From an uncultured Candidatus Saccharibacteria bacterium (GTDB lineage Bacteria; Patescibacteriota; UBA1384; UBA12157; JAENIV01), in contig CAYZMA010000001.1 of assembly GCA_964479405.1 (NCBI GenBank), positions 1 through 59,804 of the forward strand: a stretch of DNA of 59,804 nt, given 5' to 3'. The position numbers were made by a program, and so were the translations under genes. The notes below the pieces were generated by a model that searched no databases, was not told where the DNA came from, and worked only from the letters and a program-made list of their open reading frames with translations. Numbering within the stretch: the first letter of the stretch is position 1; every line of letters begins with the position of its first letter. Positions 27,870-37,650 of the stretch are shown here, piece after piece.

Positions 27870-28210
27870 TTATGCTCGAAATTTTCTTTCAGGTAACCAA
27901 ATAGTAGTATCATCCAATCCCAGATCGGAATAGTTAGCACCATCGTCACTGAATTGAACATAAAGTCCGTACACAAGACCGCCAATGTACAATTTGTGCA
28001 CTCCGACTGACATGATAACCGATGAGGGGCTCCTTATCTGGGATCTAGATTCCCGATGTCGGATTAGCATTCAGCTCGAGAATGACAGTATAAACTACGT
28101 AAATCCTATAATTATCGATTGCCCATTTTCATGCTCGTATGATGATTGGAATATACTGCCAAGCTTTAAATTGGTCTCAACTTCAGAATTCTGATACAAT
28201 CCAAAGTAGA

Positions 28211-29845
28211 ATGAAAAAGTGGATTATAAGCCCAAAAAAAAGCAATGATATAATTGAGCAACTGCTCATTAATAGAAAAATTAAAAAGGAAGAATGGTCC
28301 TCTTTTTTAAATCCCGATTTTAGTAATCTTTTTGATCCGTTTAAAATCGGCGGCATGAAAGAGGCAGTTTTAAGAATAGAAAAAGCCTATTTAAAAAAAG
28401 AGGTGATTGGTATTTTTGGCGACTACGACGCTGATGGCATTCCGGGCTCGGCTTTACTATATCAATATTTAACTAAAATTGGTTTTAAAACTCATGTATA
28501 TATTCCGCGGCGCGAACAAGGCTACGGTTTAAATAAAGAGGGGATTGAAGTTCTAAAAAAAGAAGGCGTCAGTCTTTTAATCACCATTGATTTAGGTGTT
28601 AGAAATAGTGATGAAATTGAGTATGCTAAAAAAATTGGAATAAATGTCATTATTTTAGATCATCACGAAATGGCTAAAGAAAAACCAAATTGTATTGTTG
28701 TTGACTTAAAACAAGCTGGCGAGAAATATCCTTTTACAGAACTTGCCGCCACCGGTGTCGTCTTTAAATTTATCCAAGCAATTAATTTAAAATTAAAAAA
28801 AGTTCCTACTAATCATCTCAAATGGATGTTAGATTTGGTGGCAATCTCAACTATTTGTGATATGGTACCGCTTGTTTCTGAAAATCGGATATTTGCTAAA
28901 TTTGGTTTAATTGTTTTACAAAAAACTCGTAATTTGGGTCTTAAAGAACTTTATAAAAAAGCTGAAATTGTCGTAGAGAACATTGATACTTATACGGTTG
29001 GTTTTCAGATTGGTCCGCGGATCAATGCACCTGGCCGGATGGATCATACAAATGAAAGTTTTTATTTATTAATATCTGCTGATCAAAAAGAAGCCAGTGT
29101 TTTGGCTGAAAAACTTGATACTATTAATCGTCAGCGTCAAAAAGAACTCCAAAGAGTGTTGCTGGAAGCAAGAGAAAAAGTTGTCCGTAAAAAATTAGAT
29201 CAGAAAAAACTTATTTTAGTGGAGGGTGAAAATTGGCCGCAGGGAATTGTGGGATTAGTGGCAGGTAAATTAATGGAAGAATATTCTCGTCCGGTGATTG
29301 TTTGTGAAAGAAAAGAAGGAAAACTTAAAGGCTCGGCTCGTTCAATTTCTGCTTACAACATGGTGGAAGCTTTAGAGCAAGCTAAAGACTATTTGTTAAA
29401 ATACGGCGGACATAAAAAAGCGGCTGGGCTAAGTTTAGATTTAAAGCAATGGTCTAATCTATATAACAAATTATTAGAAGTAGCTGATGTAAAATTAAGC
29501 GACAAAGACTTAATGCCGAAAATAAAAATTGATTTGAAACTTAAAAAAGAAGATTTAAAATTAGCTTTATTTGATAAAATTAAAAAGCTTGAACCTTTTG
29601 GTTTAGGTAATAATCGTCCAATATTTCAATTAGAACAAGCGCAGATTACCGATGTCAAAACGGTTGGTAAAAAAAAGGAGCATCTTAAATTTAAAGCCGA
29701 CGACATTTCGGCGATTGGTTTTGGTATGGGCGATTTAGAAAAAACTTTGAAGAATGGCAAAGCAGATATTGTCTTTACTTTAGACGAAGATAATTGGTCA
29801 ATACGAAAATTACAATTAAAAGTTTTGGACTTAAAAGTTGCGTGA
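28211..29845 (+). CDS. recJ: Single-stranded-DNA-specific exonuclease RecJ
   Basis: DHH motifs (GDYDADGI, ILDHHE) and DHHA1 GGHKKAAG. ATG at 28211 preferred over the longer ORF-track start. Confidence 0.85.
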   Translation: MKKWIISPKKSNDIIEQLLINRKIKKEEWSSFLNPDFSNLFDPFKIGGMKEAVLRIEKAYLKKEVIGIFGDYDADGIPGSALLYQYLTKIGFKTHVYIPRREQGYGLNKEGIEVLKKEGVSLLITIDLGVRNSDEIEYAKKIGINVIILDHHEMAKEKPNCIVVDLKQAGEKYPFTELAATGVVFKFIQAINLKLKKVPTNHLKWMLDLVAISTICDMVPLVSENRIFAKFGLIVLQKTRNLGLKELYKKAEIVVENIDTYTVGFQIGPRINAPGRMDHTNESFYLLISADQKEASVLAEKLDTINRQRQKELQRVLLEAREKVVRKKLDQKKLILVEGENWPQGIVGLVAGKLMEEYSRPVIVCERKEGKLKGSARSISAYNMVEALEQAKDYLLKYGGHKKAAGLSLDLKQWSNLYNKLLEVADVKLSDKDLMPKIKIDLKLKKEDLKLALFDKIKKLEPFGLGNNRPIFQLEQAQITDVKTVGKKKEHLKFKADDISAIGFGMGDLEKTLKNGKADIVFTLDEDNWSIRKLQLKVLDLKVA

Positions 29846-29857
29846 AGGAGGATTAAT

Positions 29858-30427
29858 TTGACTGGAAAAACACATCAAATTTTAGGTCTCACCGCAGGGC
29901 TTACTTATTATTTCGCGAGCTCCGAGCCAACCTATGCCCCGGCCACTTTTGGAGCGGTTTTAGTTTTTTCTTATTTAGCTTCATTATTACCGGACATTGA
30001 TCAGCCAACTGGCAAACTTTGGCATATGCTACCTTTTGGTCACACTTTGGGTAAAATTTCCGATCCGTTTTTGGAACATCGCAACATTACACATTCTTTA
30101 TTGGGTATTGTGTTAGTGGGAGTGGGATTTTATTATTTATTTAAAACTTTTCCGCCATATTGGGGAATTGATACTCAAATAGTTTTTACCTCTAGTATTA
30201 TTGCTTATTTGAGTCATCTTTTAGCTGATATGTTCACGAATATTGGTATTCCTGTCTTTTTCCCTTATCATCGTTTTTTTGGAATTCCGCCTAAGCCATT
30301 TGATGGCGCAAGAGTAGCGACTGGTAAATGGTTTGAGAATATGATTATTTTTCCAATTGTGACTATCTTATTTTTAATTATTGTTTTTTCTAATATTAAT
30401 TTAATAAAAGTTATTTTGCTAAAATAG
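29858..30427 (+). CDS. Membrane-bound metal-dependent hydrolase, YdjM/DUF457 family
   Basis: GKTHQILG, LLPDIDQP, HRNITHS and SHLLADMFT motifs. AAGGAGG SD site then TTG start. Confidence 0.7.
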   Translation: MTGKTHQILGLTAGLTYYFASSEPTYAPATFGAVLVFSYLASLLPDIDQPTGKLWHMLPFGHTLGKISDPFLEHRNITHSLLGIVLVGVGFYYLFKTFPPYWGIDTQIVFTSSIIAYLSHLLADMFTNIGIPVFFPYHRFFGIPPKPFDGARVATGKWFENMIIFPIVTILFLIIVFSNINLIKVILLK

Positions 30428-30455
30428 ACATTGATTTCATATCCTTTAAGAACAA

Positions 30456-30485
30456 GGGCTTGGTTTTTTTAATCCGAGCCCTTTT
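30456..30485 (+). terminator. Intrinsic terminator
   Basis: GGGCTTGG / CCGAGCCC stem (one G-U pair) followed by TTTT. Confidence 0.55.
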
Positions 30486-30520
30486 AAATAAAGAAAACTT
30501 TAAGGTATAATAAAGATACT

Positions 30521-31828
30521 ATGTCAAGTGAACAAATTATTTTTAATTGTGCCGATTGTGGTCAAGAATATTTCAAATGGCAAGGTAGATGCGACAGATG
30601 CGGCGCTTGGAATACTTTAAAAGAAATGCGCTTTTCTAAAGAAAGTGTCAGAACTAATTTTTTGGGAGCAAATCAAACTGAACCAACTGAAATTTCAAAA
30701 ATTAATATTAAAAATATTACCAGAATTAAGACTGGTTTAAATGAATTTGATAGAGTTTTAGGCGGAGGAATTGTCCCGGGTTCTATTTTTATTTTGGGTG
30801 GCGATCCGGGTATTGGTAAGTCAACTTTGCTTTTACAAATTTCCGCGCTTGTAAAAAATGTTTTATATATTTCCGGCGAAGAATCATTAGAACAAATAAA
30901 GTTGCGTTTTGAACGGCTTGGTCTTCACTCGTCAGTTGGCGGAATAAAACTTAAGCTTTATAACGAAACAAATATTGATGTTATCGCTAAAAAAATACAA
31001 GCCGAAAAACCGGAGCTAGCAATTATTGATTCTATTCAAACCGTTTATTTAGAAAATATACCAGCTGCCGCCGGTTCAATTGCTCAAGTAAAAGAATGCG
31101 CTATGAAGTTGCAACAACTCGCCAAAAGTACCCAGACGGCCGTCGCGTTAGTAGGTCATGTGACAAAAGATGGCGCGGTGGCAGGACCTCGAACTTTGGA
31201 ACATTTAGTTGATGCCGTTTTATACTTAGAAGGGGAACGATTTCATGAGCATCGCATTTTACGCGGAGTTAAAAATAGATTTGGGACAACTGATGAAATT
31301 GGTATTTTTGAAATGACCGAAAAAGGATTGATGGAAGTTAAAAATCCTTCAAAACTTTTTTTGGCCGAACGTCTTTCTAATACAGCAGGCACGGTAGTCA
31401 CGGCGACAATTGAAGGTAGTCGGTCTTTATTAGTTGAAGTTCAAGCCTTGACGGCTACTACCGTTTTTGGTTATCCCCAACGGAGAACTTCCGGCTTTGA
31501 TTTAAATCGTTTGCAATTATTAGTGGCGGTACTACAAAAAAAAGCGGGGATTAATATTGCTAATCAAGATATTTTTGTAAATATTGTTGGTGGTGTTAAA
31601 ATTATTGAGCCGGCAGTTGATTTAGCCGTGGTTTTAGCTATAGCTAGCGCTTCTCGTGGTAAGGTCATTGATCCGAAACTTTGTGTTTTTGGTGAGTTGG
31701 GACTTTCAGGTGAAATACGAAGAGTTTCACGGGAGGAAAAACGAAAAGCTGAAGCCGAAAGATTAGGTTTTAATAAATTTATTAAGGAAAAAACAATTTT
31801 AGAAGCCGTTAGGAGGTATTGTGTTTAG
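30521..31828 (+). CDS. radA: DNA repair protein RadA/Sms
   Basis: Zinc finger CADCG..CDRCGAWNT, Walker A GDPGIGKSTLLLQ, KNRFG motif and a Lon-like C-terminus. Confidence 0.92.
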   Translation: MSSEQIIFNCADCGQEYFKWQGRCDRCGAWNTLKEMRFSKESVRTNFLGANQTEPTEISKINIKNITRIKTGLNEFDRVLGGGIVPGSIFILGGDPGIGKSTLLLQISALVKNVLYISGEESLEQIKLRFERLGLHSSVGGIKLKLYNETNIDVIAKKIQAEKPELAIIDSIQTVYLENIPAAAGSIAQVKECAMKLQQLAKSTQTAVALVGHVTKDGAVAGPRTLEHLVDAVLYLEGERFHEHRILRGVKNRFGTTDEIGIFEMTEKGLMEVKNPSKLFLAERLSNTAGTVVTATIEGSRSLLVEVQALTATTVFGYPQRRTSGFDLNRLQLLVAVLQKKAGINIANQDIFVNIVGGVKIIEPAVDLAVVLAIASASRGKVIDPKLCVFGELGLSGEIRRVSREEKRKAEAERLGFNKFIKEKTILEAVRRYCV

Positions 31829-32780
31829 TGTTAATAATGTTGAACAGACTAATGTAACAATTTTTTTAATCGTTTTAGTAGTGGCGATACTTTTGCTTTT
31901 TTTAACACGAAGATTGCTAAAAATTTCTTTTCCCTATTTTTTTATGGGATTACTTGGGATAATTATTGGACTACTAATTGGCTCTCAAGTAGCGATACCT
32001 TTATCAAAATTGCCCGGTCCGTATGGGACTTGGGTGCCAATGATTGTTGATGTTTTTATTACAGTGGCAACTTTAGATTTATTTATTGCTCAAGCTAAAC
32101 CGGCCGCCGATTTTTTTCATAAAATAATGTCAAAAATATTTGGCACAACTCAAGACATATGTGAAAATCAAATTGTTGTAGATACCTCGTCTTTAATTGA
32201 CGGCCGTTTGGAGCAAATTGCTCAAAGTGGTTTTATTTTGGGCAAAATCTTAATCCCCCAATTTGTATTAGCAGAACTTCAAAATATTGCTGATTCCGAT
32301 GATTCCATTCGTCGAGCCAAAGGTCGTCGCGGGATGGAGTCGCTTGACAAGATGCAGAACAGTTCAAAAATTACTGTAGAAATTATTGATGATTTTGAAG
32401 GTGGCAAAGAACCAGTTGACTTAAGATTAATTAAAGTCGCTAAAAAAAGGAAAGCCAAAATTATTACTGTTGATTACAATTTAAATCGTATTGCCAAAAT
32501 TCAAAATGTAGAAGTTTTAAATGTTAATGAACTAGCCGAAAGTTTAAAACCGTCTTTGATTCCCGGTGAGGAAATTTTAGTTAAAATTATTCAAAAAGGC
32601 AAAGAAGCAGGCCAAGGTGTTGGTTATTTGCCAGATGGCACAATGATTGTTGTTGAGGGCGGTGAAAATTTAGTTGGCAAAGAAATACGCTCCGAAGTCG
32701 TTCGTATTTATCATACAGTGGCGGGAAAAATGATTTTTGTTCAACCGCGACGTCCTTTAAGGCATCAACTAAAAAATTAA
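31821..32780 (+). CDS. PIN/TRAM domain protein (YacL-like) with N-terminal TM helices
   Basis: VVDTSSLIDGR....G.....ILIPQFVLAELQ.IADS (PIN) and a C-terminal TRAM-like GQGVGYLPDGTMIVVEGG. Commonly found after radA. Confidence 0.75.
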   Translation: MFSVNNVEQTNVTIFLIVLVVAILLLFLTRRLLKISFPYFFMGLLGIIIGLLIGSQVAIPLSKLPGPYGTWVPMIVDVFITVATLDLFIAQAKPAADFFHKIMSKIFGTTQDICENQIVVDTSSLIDGRLEQIAQSGFILGKILIPQFVLAELQNIADSDDSIRRAKGRRGMESLDKMQNSSKITVEIIDDFEGGKEPVDLRLIKVAKKRKAKIITVDYNLNRIAKIQNVEVLNVNELAESLKPSLIPGEEILVKIIQKGKEAGQGVGYLPDGTMIVVEGGENLVGKEIRSEVVRIYHTVAGKMIFVQPRRPLRHQLKN

Positions 32781-35323
32781 TGCGGACTAGATGTTGGCAG
32801 TGGAGTTGATTTTATTGGTACGGCTTCTTTGGAGATAGTTATTGAACTTGAAGAAGTAATATTGCTTTCGTCGGTTGCAATGACAGAAATGCGATGTTTT
32901 CCAACAGAAAGACTATCGGCACTGTAAGTTATTGAATAAGGTTTGCTTGTGTCTGTGTCAACTGTTACATCATCAATCAGAAAATCAACTTTTTTAATAT
33001 TAATATTTGAAGAGACATTGGCAGAAATAGTAAAAGTACCGGAAACAGATTTATTATTTGATGGACTAGTAATTTCAATTGATATTTTACTGTCAAGGGC
33101 GGCGCAAGTTTTATCTCCTTCGGGTATGGATCCGGAGAGTAAGCCCATTGAGGCGGCCCAAGCGCGCACCGGTCGTTCCCATGATGGATTATCTGGTTGT
33201 TCAGAATGGACATCGGCGACAATTTTTTCTTCAACAAATTGGTCGGGGCAATCGTCTGTAGCCAAGTGTCCTGTATATTTATCAATTCTAATTTTACCAA
33301 CACTGTTTGAATGTTCTGTTGGTATTTGCCAAGAAGCAAAAATATCGGTGATAGTTTCTCCGCCGGAAGGCAATTTATTTGTGTATTTATCAACTGTCAT
33401 TTCTTGAATGCCTTGAGGAACATTAAAATCTTCAGCTGGTTTATCGGCTAAAGCTTTAGCCATAAAATCATGCCAAATTGGCGCGGCTGCCATGGCGCCG
33501 GCGGCGCCTGCAGTCATTGGACTATTGTCGTTATTTCCAACCCAGACACCAGCAACAATCTGGGGAGTGTAACCAACTGTCCATGCATCGCGATATTCGG
33601 AGGTTGTCCCGGTTTTAACCGCTACCATTCTATCGCTGAAATTTAAAGCGGAGTTAGAACCAAAAACATACGAACGAGCGCTGTTGTCAGATAAAATTGA
33701 AGATATTTCATAAGCAATTTGGGGGTCTAGAACATTATTTTTTTCTTCTTTATATTCTTCCAGAACTTTGCCTTTTGAGTCAACAATTTTTAAAAATGGT
33801 GTAGTGGGAGCCAGCGTTCCTGAATTGGCAAAAACACTGTAAGCAGTTGTTAAATCTAAAAGTTTGACTTCACCACCACCTAAGACCAAAGAAAGACCAT
33901 AGCGATTTTTATCATTTAAAGTTGTAATACCCATTTGATGAGCCTGATCTAAAACATTATCCATACCGGCAAGATAGAGAGTTTTGACGGCTGGAATATT
34001 GAGTGAGCCAGCCAATGCTTTTCGCATAGTTACTGGACCATGAGTAGTGCCATCGTAGTTTTTAGGAGTGTAATTGCCAAAGTCAGTTGTTACATCCCAA
34101 ATAGGGTAGGCGGGATCATATTCTTTTTTGAAAGCGGTCGCATAAACTACTGGTTTAAAAGCAGAACCCGGTTGTCTTTCGGCAATGGCGACGTTGACTT
34201 GACCGTCAATGGAATTATTAAAATAGTCAACCGAACCAACCATTGCTAAAATTTGACCATTTTTTGGATCAATCGCTACAAGTGAGGCGTTAGAAGCATT
34301 AATAGAGTCAAATCGACGATCGGCGCCAGAGGCGACAGCTTCTTCGGCTTTTTTTTGAGTCTCGCCATCAAGAGTGGTAGTCACTTGAAAACCACCTTCT
34401 TCCACTGCTTGTTCACCGTATTTTTCAACCAATAAATCTTTAATATACATCACAAAATGGGGTGCGCTAATATCTTCTCTTTTGGGAACGAATTTAATTT
34501 CTTTAACATCTTTTTTGGCTTTATTAGCCTCGTCGCGAGAAATATAGCCAAGATCGGCCATAGAGTCTAATATCCAGCTTGCGCGAGCCTCGCGTTTGTC
34601 GGGATGAATACCATAAGGAGAATAATAGCTTGGTCTTTGTGGCAGTGCAGCCAAAGTTGCCGCTTCGGCTAAATTCAAATCTTTAGCATTTTTACCTAGA
34701 AAAGATTCGGAAGCGGCTTCAATGCCGTAAGCATTTGAACCATAAGGAATTTCATTAAGGTACATTGTCATAATTTCATCTTTATTATACATAATCTCAA
34801 TTTCAATCGTTAAAATTAATTCTTTAATTTTACGAGTGATGGTTTTTCGTGGATCAAGCAAAGCATTTTTGACATATTGTTGAGTAATAGTTGAACCACC
34901 GGAAAGGTAATTATTTTTATGGATAATATTATAGTACATTGCTCTGGCAATGCCTTTTATATTCAAACCATGATGAGAATAAAAAGTCCGGTCTTCAGCT
35001 GTAATAGTGGTTTGTTTAATTACGGTTGGTATATCGGCAGAACCAATAAGAATTCTTTTAGTGTCGCCGTGAATAGCGTATAATTGTTTGCCATTTCTGT
35101 CATAAATTTGAGTTGCCGCGGCGGATTGTCGTTGCTTAATTTTTCCCGGTGTGGGTAAATCTTTAGCGTACCAAGCAAAAAGAACCAAAATAAGTAAAAC
35201 AAAGCCTAAAGTAATTCTTAAAGACCAAATTTTAATTTTTTTCTTGGTAAATCGTTCTTTGTTAAAAATTTGTTTAATACGAAGCGGATTGTGGTGCAAT
35301 GTGAAAAATTGTTTTAAATTCAT
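32777..35323 (-). CDS. Class A penicillin-binding protein (glycosyltransferase GT51 plus transpeptidase) with a C-terminal Ig-like domain
   Basis: EDRTFYSHHG and GGSTITQQYVKN (GT51). SAFKP, SLN and KTGTT (transpeptidase). C-terminal beta-rich VDFLIDD..VDTDTSKPYS segment. Confidence 0.9.
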   Translation of the reverse strand: MNLKQFFTLHHNPLRIKQIFNKERFTKKKIKIWSLRITLGFVLLILVLFAWYAKDLPTPGKIKQRQSAAATQIYDRNGKQLYAIHGDTKRILIGSADIPTVIKQTTITAEDRTFYSHHGLNIKGIARAMYYNIIHKNNYLSGGSTITQQYVKNALLDPRKTITRKIKELILTIEIEIMYNKDEIMTMYLNEIPYGSNAYGIEAASESFLGKNAKDLNLAEAATLAALPQRPSYYSPYGIHPDKREARASWILDSMADLGYISRDEANKAKKDVKEIKFVPKREDISAPHFVMYIKDLLVEKYGEQAVEEGGFQVTTTLDGETQKKAEEAVASGADRRFDSINASNASLVAIDPKNGQILAMVGSVDYFNNSIDGQVNVAIAERQPGSAFKPVVYATAFKKEYDPAYPIWDVTTDFGNYTPKNYDGTTHGPVTMRKALAGSLNIPAVKTLYLAGMDNVLDQAHQMGITTLNDKNRYGLSLVLGGGEVKLLDLTTAYSVFANSGTLAPTTPFLKIVDSKGKVLEEYKEEKNNVLDPQIAYEISSILSDNSARSYVFGSNSALNFSDRMVAVKTGTTSEYRDAWTVGYTPQIVAGVWVGNNDNSPMTAGAAGAMAAAPIWHDFMAKALADKPAEDFNVPQGIQEMTVDKYTNKLPSGGETITDIFASWQIPTEHSNSVGKIRIDKYTGHLATDDCPDQFVEEKIVADVHSEQPDNPSWERPVRAWAASMGLLSGSIPEGDKTCAALDSKISIEITSPSNNKSVSGTFTISANVSSNINIKKVDFLIDDVTVDTDTSKPYSITYSADSLSVGKHRISVIATDESNITSSSSITISKEAVPIKSTPLPTSSPH

Positions 35324-35390
35324 AAAATCCTTTCTTATCCTTTACATTTTACCACTAAACAAGTTAGAATAGTAGATGTAAAGGAGAAAT

Positions 35391-36578
35391 ATGACTATTG
35401 ACGAACTATTATCACGGGGAGTAGAGGAAATTATTGTTGAATCTTCTCTTGAGTCTAGATTAAAATCAGGAAAACTAAGAATCAAGATGGGTTTTGATCC
35501 GACCAAACCAGATCTTCATTTGGGTCATGTGGTGGGACTTAAAATATTGAAACAACTCCAAGAAATGGGGCATAAGATTATATTTTTAATTGGTGATTAT
35601 ACTGTTAGAATTGGTGATCCTTCGGGTCGTAATGTCAGTCGGCCGATTATTAGTGAAGAAGAAATTAAGGAAAATACCAATACTTATTTTAAGCAAGTAA
35701 GTCTCATCCTTGATACTAAAAAGGTTGAAATACGTCGTAATTCTGAATGGTTTGAGAAAATAAATTTAGCTGAACTTATTAATCTTGCCGGCAAATTAAC
35801 AGTTGCCCAAATAATTGAAAGAGATGATTTCCAAAAACGGATGAAAAGTGGTCATGATATTGGTCTGCATGAAATGCTATATCCATTAATGCAGGCCTAT
35901 GATTCAGTCATTCTAAAAGCTGATGTTGAATTTGGTGGTACTGATCAAAAATTCAATATGCTTGCTGGTCGTGCTTTGCAAAAAAAGATGGATCAAAAAC
36001 CTCAAGATATTGTAATGGTGAAACTTCTCATTGGTCTTGATGGTAAAGACAAGATGTCCAAGTCGCTGGGTAATTATATTGCGATTTCTGATGCGCCTTC
36101 AGAAATGTATGGCAAAATAATGTCCATTCCTGATGATTTAATTTTGCATTATTATGAACTTTGTACCGATGTTTCAGTGGAGGCGATAAAAATTATCAAA
36201 AAAGAATTGAATCCGCCAGCTGGCGGAGGCAAAAACCCGCGTGATGTAAAAGCAGAATTGGCGAAAGTAATTGTGGAAACTTATTATACTGCCGATGACG
36301 CTGAAAAAGCATCTTTAGAATTTGATCAAGTTTTTTCCAAACGCGGAAAACCATCGGAAATTAAAACTAAAAAGATTACGAAGAATAATATCGCTTTGGA
36401 AGATTTACTTATGGATATTGAACTAGCTTCTTCAAAATCCGAAGCCAGACGTTTGATTGAGCAGGGTGGGGTAGAGCTTGACGAAGAAAAAATCACCGAT
36501 CCCAAAAAGACAATTGAAATTAAAGAGGGGATGGTGATAAAAGTTGGTAAAAGAAATTTTGTAAAATTAAAAAGATAA
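35391..36578 (+). CDS. tyrS: Tyrosine--tRNA ligase
   Basis: HLGH and KMSKS motifs, with a C-terminal S4-like SKSEARRLIEQGGV segment. Confidence 0.88.
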   Translation: MTIDELLSRGVEEIIVESSLESRLKSGKLRIKMGFDPTKPDLHLGHVVGLKILKQLQEMGHKIIFLIGDYTVRIGDPSGRNVSRPIISEEEIKENTNTYFKQVSLILDTKKVEIRRNSEWFEKINLAELINLAGKLTVAQIIERDDFQKRMKSGHDIGLHEMLYPLMQAYDSVILKADVEFGGTDQKFNMLAGRALQKKMDQKPQDIVMVKLLIGLDGKDKMSKSLGNYIAISDAPSEMYGKIMSIPDDLILHYYELCTDVSVEAIKIIKKELNPPAGGGKNPRDVKAELAKVIVETYYTADDAEKASLEFDQVFSKRGKPSEIKTKKITKNNIALEDLLMDIELASSKSEARRLIEQGGVELDEEKITDPKKTIEIKEGMVIKVGKRNFVKLKR

Positions 36579-36600
36579 AAAAACCGGCAATAAAGCCGGC
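36577..36600 (-). terminator. Short GC hairpin with flanking A/T runs in a convergent gap (best on the minus strand)
   Basis: CCGGC-AATAAA-GCCGG preceded by A7 on the plus strand, which is a T7 tail on the minus strand. Confidence 0.45.
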
Positions 36601-36628
36601 GAATAAATCCATTAGAGATGTGTAAGTT

Positions 36629-36883
36629 TTATACTCCTGCTAGTTTCTTGACTAGACATGAAAAACCGTAGCTTAGTAGAAGAAACAAATCTATTAACAA
36701 TGCTGGTAGCCAGAATAATACTAGCAGGCAAATCGCAATGTCTTCTTCGTTTAGAAATGGCGTATATGTAGCTGATCTTGAAAAAGTGAATAAGGTTGGC
36801 GGAGCATATTGCCCTTCTGACTCCGACAATGTTCCGAGTCGTAAAACTATGATGGTATAGATAACTCCTGCAACAAGATACAC
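36629..36883 (-). CDS. Small hypothetical membrane protein
   Basis: 84-aa ORF with two hydrophobic segments and a GTG start. No homology recognised. Confidence 0.35.
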   Translation of the reverse strand: MYLVAGVIYTIIVLRLGTLSESEGQYAPPTLFTFSRSATYTPFLNEEDIAICLLVLFWLPALLIDLFLLLSYGFSCLVKKLAGV

Positions 36884-37036
36884 TGCTAATCCTACCTAAA
36901 ACAACATTTCTCTTGACATTTTCTTTTCCTCCTCTATCTGAATTGACGATCTTTATCCGATTTAACTATATCCTACACAGGAAAACCTCTAATGTCAACA
37001 TTCTACTTGCTTAATATAATATCTATTACAACAATA

Positions 37037-37063
37037 TCGCGATCGCGGAAAAGTGGTAATAAA
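37037..37063 (+). promoter_or_regulatory. Copy 2 of the 26-nt CGCGATCGCG-containing motif
   Basis: TCGCGATCGCGGAAAAGTGGTAATAAA, 21 nt upstream of the PaaX-like ORF. Contains an extended -10-like TGGTAATAA. Confidence 0.5.
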
Positions 37064-37083
37064 AATAAGGAGAGAATTATTGA

Positions 37084-37599
37084 ATGCGCAGAAAGTCAAT
37101 GGCAGAGAAAATTTTAGGTGTTGTTGATGGTTTTATTAAGGAAAATGCGGCTATTTGGTATCCTTATAAAGGATTCGGGAAATCATTTAAGAAATACAGA
37201 GGCAGTTTTTATCGTTCATTAATAGAATTAAAAAATAGGGGATATCTTGAGGAAATTGAAATAAATGGTGAAAGATTTTTAAGAACAACTCCAAAAGGTA
37301 AATTAAAACTTATTAAAAAAAGAGTATTTAAAAAATGGGATGGTTTTTGGCGAATTATTGCTTTTGATATTTCAGAAACAAAGAAAAAAACAAGAGATTT
37401 ATTTAGAACAAAATTGCGATTATCAGGATGTAAGCCAATCCAAAAATCAGTTTGGATTACACCTAGTGATATTTCGGCCGACTTAGAAGAACTATTATCA
37501 ATTTTAAATATCAAAGAAAATGTAGATTATTTTATTTCTAAGGCGTTAACAAATGAAGAAAAATATCTTAAAATGTTTGACTTGAAATCTATCGATTAA
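37084..37599 (+). CDS. PaaX-like transcriptional regulator (winged helix plus PaaX_C-like WDG..R...FDI..........L...G......SVWI.P)
   Basis: RSLIELKNRGYLEE (wHTH) and WDGFWRIIAFDISETKKKTRDLFRTKLRLSGCKPIQKSVWITP. Confidence 0.6.
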   Translation: MRRKSMAEKILGVVDGFIKENAAIWYPYKGFGKSFKKYRGSFYRSLIELKNRGYLEEIEINGERFLRTTPKGKLKLIKKRVFKKWDGFWRIIAFDISETKKKTRDLFRTKLRLSGCKPIQKSVWITPSDISADLEELLSILNIKENVDYFISKALTNEEKYLKMFDLKSID

Positions 37600-37650
37600 A
37601 ACTATTTAATTTCATTATCAAATTAACAGATTTGTTTTGTTGTGATAATT

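Noticed and set aside
32943-33407. Plus- and minus-strand ORFs of 138-154 aa inside the C-terminal part of the class A PBP gene.
   Set aside because: They lie entirely within a well-supported 848-aa gene and have low-complexity translations.
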